DNA of 60,000 bases from Mobula hypostoma (Eukaryota). Position 1 is the first letter of the stretch; each line of letters opens with the position of its first letter. The notes beneath the pieces were generated by a model. The model saw nothing but the letters and a program-made list of their open reading frames with translations. It searched no databases and had not been told where the DNA came from. Shown here one piece after another: positions 1 to 12,461 of this stretch. The position numbers were made by a program, and so were the translations under genes. The stretch spans positions 74,402,001-74,462,000 of the forward strand of contig NC_086108.1 in the NCBI RefSeq assembly GCF_963921235.1, written 5' to 3'.

Positions 1-190
1 AAACTAACTTATTATGAACTTGCCCTTCATCTCCTGCAATGTACTTTCTCTTTATCTGTGACACTTTGTTTTGCATTCTGTTATTTTTTCACTTTGTACT
101 AATTCATTGCACTGTTGTAATGAATTGATCTGTATGAACATTCAAGACAAAGTTTTCACTACATCATGGTACATTTGACAATAATGAGAC
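1..190 (+). mobile_element. Rex1/Babar-type LINE 3' UTR remnant
   Basis: Similar to the 3' tail at about 35380-35570. Confidence 0.55.
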
Positions 191-574
191 AATTTATCCT
201 AAACTTAGAAATTATTATATTCATTTCATTAATCAAATCTCAACCTACATCCATATATTACTCCTTGTCCCCAACCTCTAATTGTTAAATTTTACATCAG
301 ACTGCAAAAAAGAGCTTGCAACCCTGTCAAGACATTTACTCTAGTCACTCATTTGATATCTCCTCTCCCAAATCTTTGATACTGACTAGCAGAAAGGACA
401 AGGCAGTGGGTATGTTGGCAGTTGTTGGTTGTTCTCCATCTTCATTCTGGTTTTGAAATTTATTGTTATTTCTTTGTTGCTGAGAGTAATTCCTAGAGCT
501 GCTTACGCAAAAGTACAAAAGAACCTTCAGCAGAGGGTCTGCTGTAGTTCAGGAACGTCTCTGACTGAAGTGTC

Positions 575-680
575 TCCTGTAGTCTTTTCCATAGATGCTG
601 CCTGGCCTGCTGAGTTTCTCCAGCATTTTGTGTGCGTTGCTTGGATTTCCAGCATCTGCAGATTTTCTCTTGTTTGTCAT
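575..680 (+). repeat. Penelope-derived terminal repeat fragment
   Basis: ttccatagatgctgcctggcctgctgagtt...ccagcatctgcag motif shared with ends of GIY-YIG-bearing copies at 18940 and 27045. Confidence 0.7.
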
Positions 681-1005
681 TGGCAATTTATTTACATAAA
701 TAAATATTCAACTGAAAATATTATTTAAACACAATTCATCCTATTTTTGGAAGGCAAATCCAACACACACTTTCAGATTCCATCTTAACAGCAAATTCAT
801 GGATGAATTCCCAAGTGGATTTAGAAATTCTCTAATGCGGCTCTTTGACATGATGATGTAACACATGACCGGGCAGAAGATCTGACATCACAGCAAAGTT
901 GCAGAGATTTTCTTGATTCTCATGAAGGGGTTGAGGGTTCTATTTTATTTTAACCTTATGGCAATTAAATTGCTCTTGCATTTACTATACACCATTGTGC
1001 GGCAG

Positions 1006-1146
1006 TGCGTTTATCAGCAGGAATCCTCCATGTCAGATTGCAAGTCAGCACCAACATCGAGAGGAAGAATTACTCAAAAGCCAATTAATTGGCAGCCTTT
1101 CCAATGACTTAAGGGAGAGAAGGGAATGGAGTGAAAAGAATCCCAG
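1006..1146 (+). CDS. Possible upstream coding exon of the plus-strand gene (AFISRNPPCQIASQHQHREEELLKSQ...EKNPR)
   Basis: ggcag acceptor at 1001-1005; open frame; donor AG|gtacaa gives phase 2, matching the next exon (4084). Donor is weak and the peptide is not recognisable. Confidence 0.4.
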
Positions 1147-1839
1147 GTACAAACATGAAATGGAATCTACAGGCAAGTGAGAGAGTTGTCCAAAGCCCAA
1201 CTTCCCTTTTTACAGCTATCGAGCTGTGTCAAGAGGAATCCCCTTTACCAGGACTTCAGTCTAAGTCCCCTTAACTTCCCAAGAAGAATTCCTTGGGTAT
1301 GGGAGGTAAACAGTTGTATTATCATCATTAGGGATAAATGACTCCAGTGAGAAGATGATGGTACACATCATAATGGTTTGATCTTAATGCTGGACAATTT
1401 TTCAGAATAGCTCCAAAACACTATTGAATGTAAGTAGCAAAGGCCATAAAAGTCCAAATATCTGTTTTGTTTTCTGCATTACTTAAAATGATAAATATAA
1501 ATACAGGCAAGAGGTTAGTTAAACTTTGATTGAAAGACCTTGATCTTGTGCAGTATTGCATTCTTGACTTTAGGAAAGTTATTGGGTCTGTTCACATTGA
1601 AGTAAAGATTTAGTGAATTAATAGGACGCAGGTATAAGGTATGGGAACAACTTGTAAACAGGCTTTTTGAATGGAACGAGAAATAATGCAGCATCTTAGA
1701 GAGCAGACTGCAGCTGAATAGTCAGAGCAGTAAGACAGGGCATCATTTGGCTAGTAGTTATATGCTCTACAAAGTAACCCAAAGTTAAAACTCCCAATAG
1801 TTTCAGAAAACTAAAAAAATTGCTAATTTGTATACTTAC

Positions 1840-2625
1840 GTGGTCTGTAGATGTGTGTTGGAAAGTATATTAACTGGTTGCATCATGGCCTGGTATGGAA
1901 ACACCAGTGGCCTTGAACAGAAAATCTAACAAAAAGTAGCAGATACGGCCCAGACCATCACAGGTAAAGCCCTCCCCACCACTGAGCCTATCAAAATGGA
2001 GCGCAGTTCCTGGAGAGCAGTATCCATCATTGAGAACCTTCACCGCCCTGGCCATTCTCTCCTCACTGCTGCCATCAGGAAGAAGGTACAAGAGCTTCAG
2101 GACTCACACCTAGAATAGTTATTACCCCTCAACCATCAGGCTCTTCAACCAGATGGGATCACTTCACCTGCCCCATCACTGAACTACTGAACTGAAGTAG
2201 GTTATGGCCTCTTTCAAGAACTCTTCATCTCATGTTCTTGATATTTATTGATTACTTATTTAATAGGCATCCGTTAGTCTCGTGAGACCATGGATTTGTG
2301 CCTTGGAAGGCTTCCAGGGCGCAGGCCTGGGCAGGGTCATATGGAAGACCAGCAGTTGCCCATGCTACAAGTCTCCCCTCTCCAAACCACCGATGTTGTC
2401 CAAGGGAAGAGCAATTACTTATCTATTATTAATTTTTTTTGTATTTGCACCATTTGCATTATTTTGCACATTGGTTGTTTGTCTGGCCTGTTGGTTGTGG
2501 TCATTCATTGATTCTATTATGTTTCATGGATTTACTGTGTATGCCTGCAAGAAAATGAATCTCAGAGTTGTATGTGGTGACATATATGTACTTGATAATA
2601 AATTTGTTTTGAAATTTGAACTTAA
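1840..2625 (+). mobile_element. Rex1/Babar-type LINE 3' fragment, interrupted by a small insert at about 2261-2413
   Basis: Degenerate ORF2 C-terminus (SILTGCIMAWYGN...HSLLSLLPSGRRYKS) plus 3' UTR ending aataaa...tttgaa. Confidence 0.75.
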
Positions 2626-3029
2626 GCTAGACAATAAATATTACCTCATCAATATTTCCTGTATAGAACAAATGAAAATAGTGTCTATTTCTGTTAGTTA
2701 AAGTACTACTCAGGTGCCATAAGTTTAACATTATTTCTAAAAGCAAGGGAGAAATAAGACCTAATCCCATTTCCCTCTGCAAAGGAAAGTAATTGCATGA
2801 CCTTTTTACAAAAAAAGTTATGAAATAGTATTTCTAAGCATGTTCCTTCACGTACAACCCTTGAACTACATGGCTAAAATATTTAGTTCACCATGTCTAG
2901 AACCAGAACTGCTTTCTTGGTAATTGCGCACATTTTACATGTAAAATTAAATGATGATGTATTCGTAAAGAGGTCGGTTACCAATCTTTAGTTCACAGAA
3001 TAACTAAGAAAGCTAAGTTACGGTTTTGG

Positions 3030-3140
3030 CCTGATGAAGGGTTTCTTTTCCATAGATGCTGTCTGGCTTGCTGAGTTTCTCCAGCATTTTGTGTGTGTTG
3101 CTTGGATTCCCAGCATCTTCCGATTTTTTTTCTTGTTTTT
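3030..3140 (+). repeat. Penelope-derived terminal fragment with internally deleted hammerhead core
   Basis: cctgatgaagggt joined directly to ttttccatagatgct. Confidence 0.65.
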
Positions 3141-3174
3141 ATATTTAGTTATATTAACTCTCTGGTGATGAAAG

Positions 3175-3487
3175 AGAAAGATTAGCTTTTTTTCCCCTCA
3201 CACGTACATCAAAAAAGTCAGAGCAAATGTGCTGTTTTGCTTCGACGAGCACAGTCCACGGGTTTTGCTGGGGACAGCCAGCACAGTGTCACCACACTTC
3301 CAGGACTAATGCAGAATGCCCACAACTCACTAACCCAATCCCTCAACTGTATGTTTTTGGAATGTAAGAGGAAAGGAAACTCAAGCGGTCATGGGGAGAA
3401 TATGCAAGCTACTCACAGAGAGTAGCGGGAGTTAAACGCTGATCGGTGATCTCTAGCAATATAAAGTCTTGCCACAGTGCTGCCCAT
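3175..3487 (-). mobile_element. Degenerate tRNA-derived SINE (V-SINE/HE1-like)
   Basis: tttttggaatgt..ggaaac..ggggagaatatgcaagct..cacaga resembles the reverse of the V-SINE core; similar at 9060-9350 and 36290-36560. Confidence 0.5.
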
Positions 3488-4083
3488 GAGGAAACATCAA
3501 ATCCAAGTTAGTTGATCATAATACTTGACAACAGGAGGATCAAGACTGAAATTTGATAACAATTTAAATGCTGTATTTATACCTATTGCAATAACCTCCT
3601 TACTTGTGGAAGACTATTTACACAATCATGTAGAATTTCCTGTTCAAAAATCCACATGATAATGGAAAGCTATGTATCAAGAGAGAAATGTTATGGTGCA
3701 ATAACCCACAAATCCAAGCTGAGCAACAATGAGAGGTGAAGCCAAAGCACTTCTAAATAAACAAATAGGCAAAAGAAGATTAAACAACCAAGTTTGGTTG
3801 AATAATTCACAGTAGCATCAGGGGAATCAGGAATCAAATCTTCAGCCAACATCTGGATGATGGTGCAGAGTACATGAAAATAGCAAAAGGAAAAGGAATA
3901 AAGGAATGCATTCAAACTGATTTTACATCAAAAATGTAGCATTTTTCTCCAAGTATGAAACATAATGTATTGCCAAGTTTTAATCATCATTTAGTATTTC
4001 AGAAGAGAGAGATTATAAGTCATTAGATTAAAAAAAAAGAATGCTATCTGCTTAAATTTTGATATTTGTATTTTCTCTTCCAG

Positions 4084-4243
4084 ACTTGATGATGAAAGTA
4101 ACTTAGTTGTACAAACAGCCAGGGAACAGGACAATGAAAATGTACTGGATAAAGCGCTTGTATTAATTGTGGATCGTGTAAGAGGGGCCCCGAATGGAGA
4201 TGGTAGCTTGAGATTCATTGGGTACCATCAGAGAACAGGGAAA
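4084..4243 (+). CDS. CCDC17: Coding exon: LDDESNLVVQTAREQDNENVLDKALVLIVDRVRGAPNGDGSLRFIGYHQRTGK (start of C2-like module 1)
   Basis: ttttctcttccag acceptor, gtaaat donor, phase 2 to 0, open frame. Confidence 0.8.
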
Positions 4244-4434
4244 GTAAATATGTGATGTATTTTCATGAACTTCCAATTAGCCTACAAAGCAAATATCCAT
4301 TTAAGTTCAGGCCTTGTAGCTTCAAAACCAGCAATTTTTTAAAGCATATCACCCAAATATGTTTGCATATGCTTATAATAAATGCATTGTATTGTACTTG
4401 TAAGACTATCTTGAATTAAATCTTCCTTTGGTAG

Positions 4435-4527
4435 GTGATTGATACAAGGAATTCTGGCCTGTTATGGAGCACTACTCCTGTGAAATCTAATATCAAACAA
4501 GGCTACTTCATCTTTGGAGAGCAGGAG
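4435..4527 (+). CDS. CCDC17: Coding exon: VIDTRNSGLLWSTTPVKSNIKQGYFIFGEQE
   Basis: cctttggtag acceptor, gtaggg donor, 93 nt, phase 0/0. Confidence 0.8.
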
Positions 4528-4709
4528 GTAGGGTTCCTGATGAAAGTATCACTGAAAGAATGTGCAGTTAATGTAAAATGAGCATTCTAATTATTATTGA
4601 AAATAGTTACGTTGATCAGTATTTCATATAATATTTGAATACTCAGCTTGTGGAGCTTGTTGATAAGTTCAGTATTTACTGACAATCTCCTGTAGTGCTG
4701 TTTGATACA

Positions 4710-5065
4710 AAGGACCAGGCTATGCTCTTTTCTTGCTGCTGCCTTCAGGAAGGAGGTACAAATGCCTCAGGGCTCACACCACCAGGTTTAAGAACAATTA
4801 CTAATCCTCCACCATGAGGCTGCTGAACAAACTATACTCATTCCACTTCTGCTGTTCTCACAACCGATAGTCTCACTTTAAGGACCCTTTATCTTGTTAT
4901 TTCATGCTCGTTCTTTATTGCTATTTATTTGCATTCGCACGACTTGTTCCATTGATCCTGTTTACAATTAGTCTACTATGGATTTGCTAAGTATGCCCAC
5001 AGAAAAAGAATCTCAAGGTTGTATGTGGTGACATGTATGTACTCTGATAATAAATTTTATTTTGG
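4710..5065 (+). mobile_element. Rex1/Babar-type LINE 3' fragment
   Basis: ALFSLLLPSGRRYKCLRAHTTRFKN remnant plus the same 3' UTR family as 2500-2620. Confidence 0.7.
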
Positions 5066-5169
5066 ATAGCTTGGTGGCTGACATGTGCATTGGTATGGAG
5101 TTACACACAGGTCCTACTGACCAAGGAAATAAAATGGTTATTTTCATGATACTCTATTTTTATCTGCCG

Positions 5170-6035
5170 GGTTTTTTTTTTAAACATATGAGGCTGCTTA
5201 CCAATTTAAGAGCCCATGGTATAACAGAAATGTTACTGGCATGGTTAGAGCATTGGCTGATTGGTAGGAGACAGTGAGTGGGAGCAAAAGTATTCTTTTC
5301 TGGTTGGCTGCCAGTGACTAGTGGTGTTTTGCTGGGGTCAGTATTGGGGCCACTTCTTTTTATGCTGAATATCAATGATTTAGATGATGAAATAGATGGC
5401 TTTGTTGCCAAGTTTGCAGATGATACAAAGATTGGCGGAGGGATAGGTAGTGTTGAGGAAATATGTAAGCTGTAAAAGGACTTACTCAGATTAGGAGAAT
5501 GGGCAAGAAGTGGCAAATGAAATATAATGTTGGAAAATGTACGGTCAGGCCCTTTGGTATTAGAAATAAATGTGCAGACTATTTTCTAAACAGGGAAGAA
5601 ATCCAAAAATCTGAGATGCAAAGGACTTGGGACTCCTTGTGTAAAACACCCTAAAGGTTAACTTGCAGGTTGAGTCTGTGGTGAGGAAGGCAAATGCAAT
5701 GTCAGCATTCATTTCAAGAGATCTAGGATATAAGAGCAGGGACGTGATGCTGAGGCTTTATAAGGTACTGGTGAGGTCTCACCTTGAGTATTATGAATAG
5801 CTTTGAGCTCCTCATCTAAGAAAAGATGTGCTGGCATTGGAGAGGGTTCAGAGAAGGTTCACAAGGATGATTTTGCAAATGAAGGGGTTATTATACGAGG
5901 AACGTTTGATGTCTCTGGGCCAGTATTCGCTGGAATTTAGAAGGATGAGGGAGGATCTCACTGAAACCTTTTCAATATTGAAAGGCTTAGACAGAGTAGA
6001 TGTGGAAAGGATGTTTCCCATGGTGGGAGAGTCTC
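5170..6035 (+). mobile_element. CR1 LINE ORF2 reverse transcriptase fragment (degenerate)
   Basis: SGVLLGSVLGPLLF...KFADDTK and LERVQRRFTRM motifs, with stops and frameshifts. Confidence 0.9.
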
Positions 6036-7199
6036 GGAATTTTGCCATGGGTGGATATGAATGTTTAATTCAAGGATTACTGGCTCAAGTTTGGGGTTAT
6101 TAGTTCAGTAACATAAAAGTACTATCATATCCTAACCATTTATGAAACAGAGACATAATTTGTGTAATACTGCAATCAGTTAAGCCAGATTAAACATTAA
6201 AATAATACTCTGTTCACTGCATTTCCAGAGAAGTTCCAGAGAGTATAGTTCAGAAATATGAAGATGAAAGTAAAAAAAAAAATTCTGGAAATCGCAAATA
6301 AAAACAGAACACTGGAAATTCATTGGAGGTCAGTCAACATCTGTGGGAAGATAAGTGGGAATAGTGGAAGAAGAAAGAAGAGTTTGCATAAGAGACACTG
6401 ACAGTGTTCATGATTGGCTGAAGTGTAGAGTGGGATGTTTGTGGGAATACAATGAATTAAATTTTAAAGCAAGTGCCAAGAAAATAAAATTGAATTTGGG
6501 AAGCACAATGCTAGTATGGCCTAGGGCAGATAGTTTTCATGAGAAATTGAACATAGGGTATGTAGAATATTCAGTCATGGAAAAAAATGAAGCATTTGGA
6601 AGGATTCAGGATGGAGCTCTATCATCAAGTATGGTATTGAAAAAGGAATGTACAATGAATTTAGTGAAGTAGGAGTGGAACTGGCAATTGGAGGGAGTGG
6701 TATATGTTTCTGTGAAACATATCAAAATCAGAAAGAATTCTGAGTGCAGGTAGTTAAAATCTGATGAACAAGCTGTGATCCTTCAGTATGCGATATTCCA
6801 TTTTCAATACAATATTATGTCTCTATGAACTATTATCTGAATCTGTGACCCCCAAAATAAAATTCTCATGAATGAATATATCAGCTGTGCATCACTTACT
6901 GTAACATATTTACTGTAAGTCACGGTGTTGATACAACAAAGTGTAAATAAAGCTTTTGTCCTGTTGAAATAGAGGCTCCTGGTCGATTTGATGCTTCCCA
7001 CTTCAGCTCCACATCCTACTTGATGGGTCCCACTTGAAATATATGAACCTAACTGCAGTACTTGTGTCATTTTCTGCTGTAAACGAGAAACTGATGACTG
7101 AATTGGTTTGGCTAGTGTGTTCTTTAAATCTTTCCCCATTTGTGAAGAGTTGTCCCGTATGTGCTCATTAAAACCTTCCCCTGTCATCTTAAAAGTCAG

Positions 7200-7765
7200 G
7201 CCACACTTGGATTATTGTCAACAGTTTTAGGTCTCAGAAAGGTTGTGTTGTCATTGGAGAGAGTCCAGAGGAGGTTCACGGGGATGATTCTGGGAATGAA
7301 GGAGTTAACATATGAGGAATGTTCGGCAGCTTTGGGCCTGTACTCACTGGAATTTAAAAGAATGCGGGGGGGGGGTGGATCTCATTGAAACCTACCTAAT
7401 GTTGAAAGGACTCGATAGGGTGGATGTGGAGAGGATGTTTCCTGTGGTAGGTGTATCCAGAAATTGAGGGCCAGCCTCAAGATTGAGGGGCAACCTTTTA
7501 GATCAGAGATAAGGAGGAATTTTTTTTTTAGCCTAGTGGATCTGTGGAATGCTTTGCCACAAAATGCAGTGGAGGCTAAGTCCATGCGTATATTTAAAGA
7601 GGAAGTTGGTCGGGTCCTGATCGGTCAGGGCATCAAAGGATATGGCGAGAAGGCTGGTGTATGGGGTTGAGTGGGATCTGGGATCAGCTATGATGCAGTG
7701 CTGGAGCAGACTCAATGGGCTGAATAACCGAATTCTGCTCCTATGTCTTATGGTCTTATGGTCGA
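7200..7765 (+). mobile_element. CR1 LINE 3' end with (tcttatgg)n tail
   Basis: LERVQRRFTGM..LGLYSLEF, RNFF..VDLWNALP; tail tcttatggtcttatggtc. Confidence 0.9.
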
Positions 7766-7769
7766 AACC

Positions 7770-8260
7770 TCTGCCCTCAGTTTAGATTTCACTACCTTGA
7801 GGAAAAAGGCTACTCTTGAACTTATCTATGCGCCTCATAACTCTATATAAACTCACCCATCAGTTACATGCTATCCGGGGTCTCTCCTTTTAACTCAAGC
7901 CCTCTGGTCCTGGTAACACCCTTATGAATCTTTCATGCACCCTTTCCTGCTTAATGACATCATTCCTACAGCGAGGTGACCAGAACTGTACACAATGCTC
8001 CAAGTGCAATCAGAATCAAAATCAGGTTTATTATCACTGGCACGTGTTGTGAAATCTGTTAACTTAGCAGCAGCAGTTCAATGCAATACATAATATAGAA
8101 GAAAAAAAACCAAAATGTATTGCATTGAACTGCTGCTACTAAGTTAACAAATTTCACGACACATGCCGGTGATAACAAGTCTGACCACCAACAACTAGTG
8201 CAGCTGTAACATGATGTTCCAGCTCTTGTCCTCAGCGCCCTGAATTGATGTTTTGCCAAC
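7770..8260 (-). mobile_element. Degenerate CR1 fragment interrupted by an inverted-repeat insert (8010-8184)
   Basis: gtgaccagaactgtacacaatgctccaag is the reverse of the LEHCVQFWSP motif. Confidence 0.7.
8022..8184. repeat. Near-perfect inverted repeat: 70-bp arms, 23-nt spacer
   Basis: 8022-8091 is the reverse complement of 8115-8184 with about 8 mismatches, all transitions. Confidence 0.9.
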
Positions 8261-8300
8261 TAAGCCAAAAGTGACAATGCTAATTTTTTTTCCCCCACAG

Positions 8301-8484
8301 ATGTCATTCTGTGACGTGATGCCTGAAGAGGATATGATTCTGATCATCCGTTTTTACCACTGGCCAGATGGAAATGTCACAACTGCACCTTGGGACATTA
8401 ACCAGAGCATGGAAAAATTAACGGAAAGTGAGGAATGGTTGGTAGCTTGGGGAGTGCTAAAACTGTCCGCACTTGCAGATTCTC
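8301..8484 (+). CDS. CCDC17: Coding exon: MSFCDVMPEEDMILIIRFYHW...EEWLVAWGVLKLSALADS
   Basis: ttttcccccacag acceptor, gtaagt donor, phase 0 to 1; within ORF 8253..8522. Confidence 0.85.
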
Positions 8485-9404
8485 GTAAGTTGATAATAAT
8501 AGACAGGAGTTCTGAACATTGAAAATTCACAGCTGTTTCATGCAAGATTTGGCAAGCTTGTTTTATAATAAGTAAAAGAAACACTAAAGTCAATGATCTC
8601 CTGTGGTTGCATCTATATTCGAGAAACCGAACATGGGTTGAAAGACTGCTGTGTGGAGTCCACAGGGATGACACTGAGCTTCTGGTGCCTGCCACTTCAA
8701 TTCTCAATCCCTCTCCCATTCTGTGTTGTACATAGTCTCCTACACTGGTTATGAGGTTGAGGGACAGCACCTCATGTTCATCTGATCTCAAATTCAACAA
8801 CTTCGGATCGCTTGCTTTCTACGTCTGTCTAAGAAAAGGTCACTGCTGCTTTGTCACCCGTCTGTGATAGTGGCAGCATGTGATCTGCTGAGCACTGCCA
8901 ACAAACAGCTTTGCATTTCAGAGCAGACAGATTTTGTGCAATAATTTGATTTACTGATGCTTCAGAAAGGAGATGAAGGCGAGTCGATATCCATGTTTTA
9001 AGGAGGCTGCAAGAATAGAATGAGTGTCCCGAATAAAAGTTACCATCTTGTAGATGGAGTTGAGTTTAAAGTCACAGTCATACACTACAGAAACAAGCCC
9101 TTTAGCCTTTGCGTCTCTCCAAACATCCATTATTTCCTGATTCCAATCCTACATTCATTCTATTTGATCCTCCCCACATTCCATCATCTCCTCAGGTTCC
9201 ATTTGCAAATACACTTGGGGTAAATTACAGTGGACTAATAATTTTAGCAGCACACCAGTCACTTTGGTTTTTGGAGGTAACTGAAGCAGCTGGAGGAAGC
9301 TCAGAGAGTCATAAGGAATGGAGCAACAAGACTTCTAGCTGTGACATTGTGCTGTTAGTTATCAGAATAATCTTTTCTCAAGAATATTCACAGTGCAGAA
9401 TGCA

Positions 9405-9765
9405 TAGCATAAGACATAGGACAGAATTAAACCATTTGGTTCATCGACTCCAATCTGCCATTCATGACTGATTTATTTTCTCATTCGTTCTCCTTCCTTT
9501 TCTCTGTAACATTTGATGTCCACACTAATCAAGAACCTATCAACCTCTACAGCTGTCTTTGGCAATGAATTCCACAGATTCAACACCCTCTAGCTAAAAA
9601 AAATTCCTCATATTTTCTGTTCTAAAGGGACGTCCTTCTGTTCTGTGCTCTCTGGTCCTAGGCTCTCTCACCATCAGAAACATCCTCTCCACATCCCCTC
9701 TATCTAGGCCTTTCAATATTCAATGCAATCTCACCTCATTCTTCTAAACTCCAGTGAGTGCATGC
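9405..9765 (-). mobile_element. CR1 LINE 3' end (degenerate)
   Basis: Reverse similarity to 7380-7760. Confidence 0.8.
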
Positions 9766-10305
9766 AAATGTGGCTATCACTGTGACAATTAGATTTTAGA
9801 CAGAACTGAGTGTCTGTCTATGGTTATGAACAAGGAAGGGTTTATATAGAATAAACACTGTGATAAATGACCAAATGTATTGTGAAACTAATTGAAAACA
9901 TGAATTGAACTGATTAGTGGTTCAAGCCACATGGTGGCATTCTGTAACAGTCCATTTGAGAATAAAGGATCTATTTCAACATCATCATTGGATCATCTCC
10001 TGGCCTGATATACTAGAAGTGCCACTTTTCATTCCACGCACTTTTTTTAGTATTACCTGTTCAAGACCTGTTCTGGCAGTGTAAGTTGGGCGATGACGTT
10101 GTATTGCAGATGTTGCTTTCCAAGAAAACGCATTGTACAACTGAATGGCTTTATTTTCTTCCTTCATATCACCCACGTTTTATCTTGAATTCTTTGGAAT
10201 CAGCATTAGCAACCAAAGCCTGACGTGGGATAGATTATTACACTCAAAGTTTATAAATGTTATTTTTGGTACATTAAAAAAGTTTTTTTTGTGTGTTAAC
10301 TGCAG

Positions 10306-10409
10306 ACACCTTGAAGACTCAAAGCCCTGCTGTAACATGGAACTCTGGGACTCACACTGTGACATTGTTTCATGTACCTGTCCCTTCTCCTCATGATCTT
10401 CTGGTGCTG
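10306..10409 (+). CDS. CCDC17: Coding exon: HTLKTQSPAVTWNSGTHTVTLFHVPVPSPHDLLVL
   Basis: aactgcag acceptor, gtatgc donor, phase 1 to 0. Confidence 0.8.
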
Positions 10410-12320
10410 GTATGCAAGAAGTCCTCCTTCAACAATTTCCCTACCATTGTATTAAGTCAAATTTCTTCCATCAAAAAATTGTATTGTGGTAATATTAAAA
10501 GGAGAACCAGTCAAATTGGTTCATCACTCTGCAATATCAGTGATAGTTTGTATTGTGGAGATCTTCATAGGTTTTTGAATTGCCTATATTGATAAACTAT
10601 TTCCAAACCTGCTCTACACCAGCTTGACAAAGTAATAAGCTGGATATATTAAACTGTAGTATTATGCAGCTGTAGAAGAACTAAAATCATTGTCCTAATG
10701 TGACGAATGCAGTCAGACCTGATGCAAATAACATTTCAAAGTTAATGATATAAAATCTAAATGGATAAATGGATCACCCCTTCAACTTTTCATACCTTTT
10801 AAGAGAATCATGTTTCATTGATGTCCTGGACTCTTTAGATTTTGTGTTTTATATCCTGTGTTTTTCACGAGGTTTTTTTTGTTATCATTTGCGTGATTTG
10901 CTTTATTTTGTGTGTTGGGAGTGGAGTTTAATGTTTTTCTTTCCTTGGGTTCCATGGTTTTTCTTCGTTTTGTGGCTGTCTGTGGGGAAGAAGAACCTCA
11001 GGGTTGTATAGTGCAAACATTCTTTCATAATAAATGTACTTTGAATCTTTGAATAAGAAGGAAAACCACTGAATGATTGAAGGTAATATTAGGTGAGCAT
11101 TATCGCACGGCAATTATAATTTGTTGTACAATTGTCTTTGTCTGGATCAAACTAGGTTTATAATCTCAATGCCATATTGTTGTTATGAGTGAGATTTGTC
11201 ATTTAGTTATTTGTACTTCTCATCTTTTTAAAAATCTATAGTCTATCACTTTGCCAACAAGTGACCTCAGTCCTCTACTTATATTTGCTTCACTTGGTCT
11301 CCATTGTTCCTTTCCAGTCCCGAGAAGAGTCCTGAAATTTCTGATAAACAGAATGGCAAAATTTATATTTTATGTGCTAGGCTGTGCTTGATGTGACTCA
11401 CATCATCTCCTTTGAGTGTATAATCTTTGTTGCCGTAAAGTCTAACAAAGCTTAAAGACTCACTGGCATGACTGTCCTGTAAGGAAAGCAAAGAAATGCA
11501 CTGGTGATTGACATCCCATCCCCAGACTGCCCTGTGACCAATTTCACTTCTTCAACTATTTCCAAATGTCCCTGATAATATAATATCAGGCAAAATAGAT
11601 TCAAATAACATTCATGTTACTTAATATAACTAAAATCAAATATATTCTCACTAAACTTTTCTTTTTAGGCTAAACACTCTATTCAAATGAACGGGATTGT
11701 GCTAGAGATAAGAGATAGGTCTAGCACAAACCCTCCCACCAACTCTTGCATCAGAACATTTGTGCTCTGCCCTTGGACTTGGTGATGTTTTCCAGGGGGT
11801 GGAAAGGGATGCCAGAGGCACTGGCATCTGACGCCCTGCGTGTTTCACAGGTGCAACAGGCGAGAATATTCTGATCCCAGTAAAGCACCTCATTGGTCAT
11901 GCTCATCTCAGCCGTAAAAATCATATATATTTTGGACCAGAAAATTGATTGTCATTTTTAATTTACTATTTATTATAATTGATAAAAAAATCAATTGTTC
12001 ATAATCATTGAAAACAAAATTAGATTATCTTAGAAATATTATTTGTAAATAGAATGGAAAAATATATCCATTTGGAATAACCAAAGTTCTACTATCAAGC
12101 TTATCAGATATTAGGAAAAGCAGAAATTGGCTTCAGTTTAAAAATTATGTGACAAGCTGTCAACTTATCTTGTTTTCATGATTGGGAAAACAGTCTGCTT
12201 GTTCTGAGGTGAAAGTGTAGCAGTTCTCATATATCGCATTCATAAAAGATGTTGCAAATGGGTTGAGGCAGACTCGATGAAACCTGATTATTCTCTGATG
12301 TAAACATATCTTTCCTAAAG

Positions 12321-12461
12321 CCTGGAGAACACCTGCACGACATATGGCAACCTTACGGGAATGCCACAGTACGACTCCATCTGTTCACTGGTAGCAGACC
12401 CACAGCTCTCATTGCTCCAGAATCGCCTGCTGATACAAACACAACCAAAGAATGGCCTGCT
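12321..12461 (+). CDS. CCDC17: Coding exon: PGEHLHDIWQPYGNATVRLHLFTGSRPTALIAPESPADTNTTKEWPA
   Basis: tttcctaaag acceptor, gtaagt donor, 141 nt, phase 0/0. Confidence 0.8.

Noticed and set aside
1173..1178. GC-type donor (gcaagt) for the candidate first exon
   Set aside because: Gives phase 1, incompatible with the phase-2 acceptor at 4084 unless another exon is missing.
6355..6672. 105-aa ORF and other 60-130-aa ORFs in AT-rich intron DNA
   Set aside because: No recognisable motifs or splice-compatible boundaries; many begin at non-ATG codons.
11318..11360. Strong-looking acceptor tttccag
   Set aside because: In the required phase 0 it reaches TGA after five codons, has no good donor, and flanking exons already join in frame.
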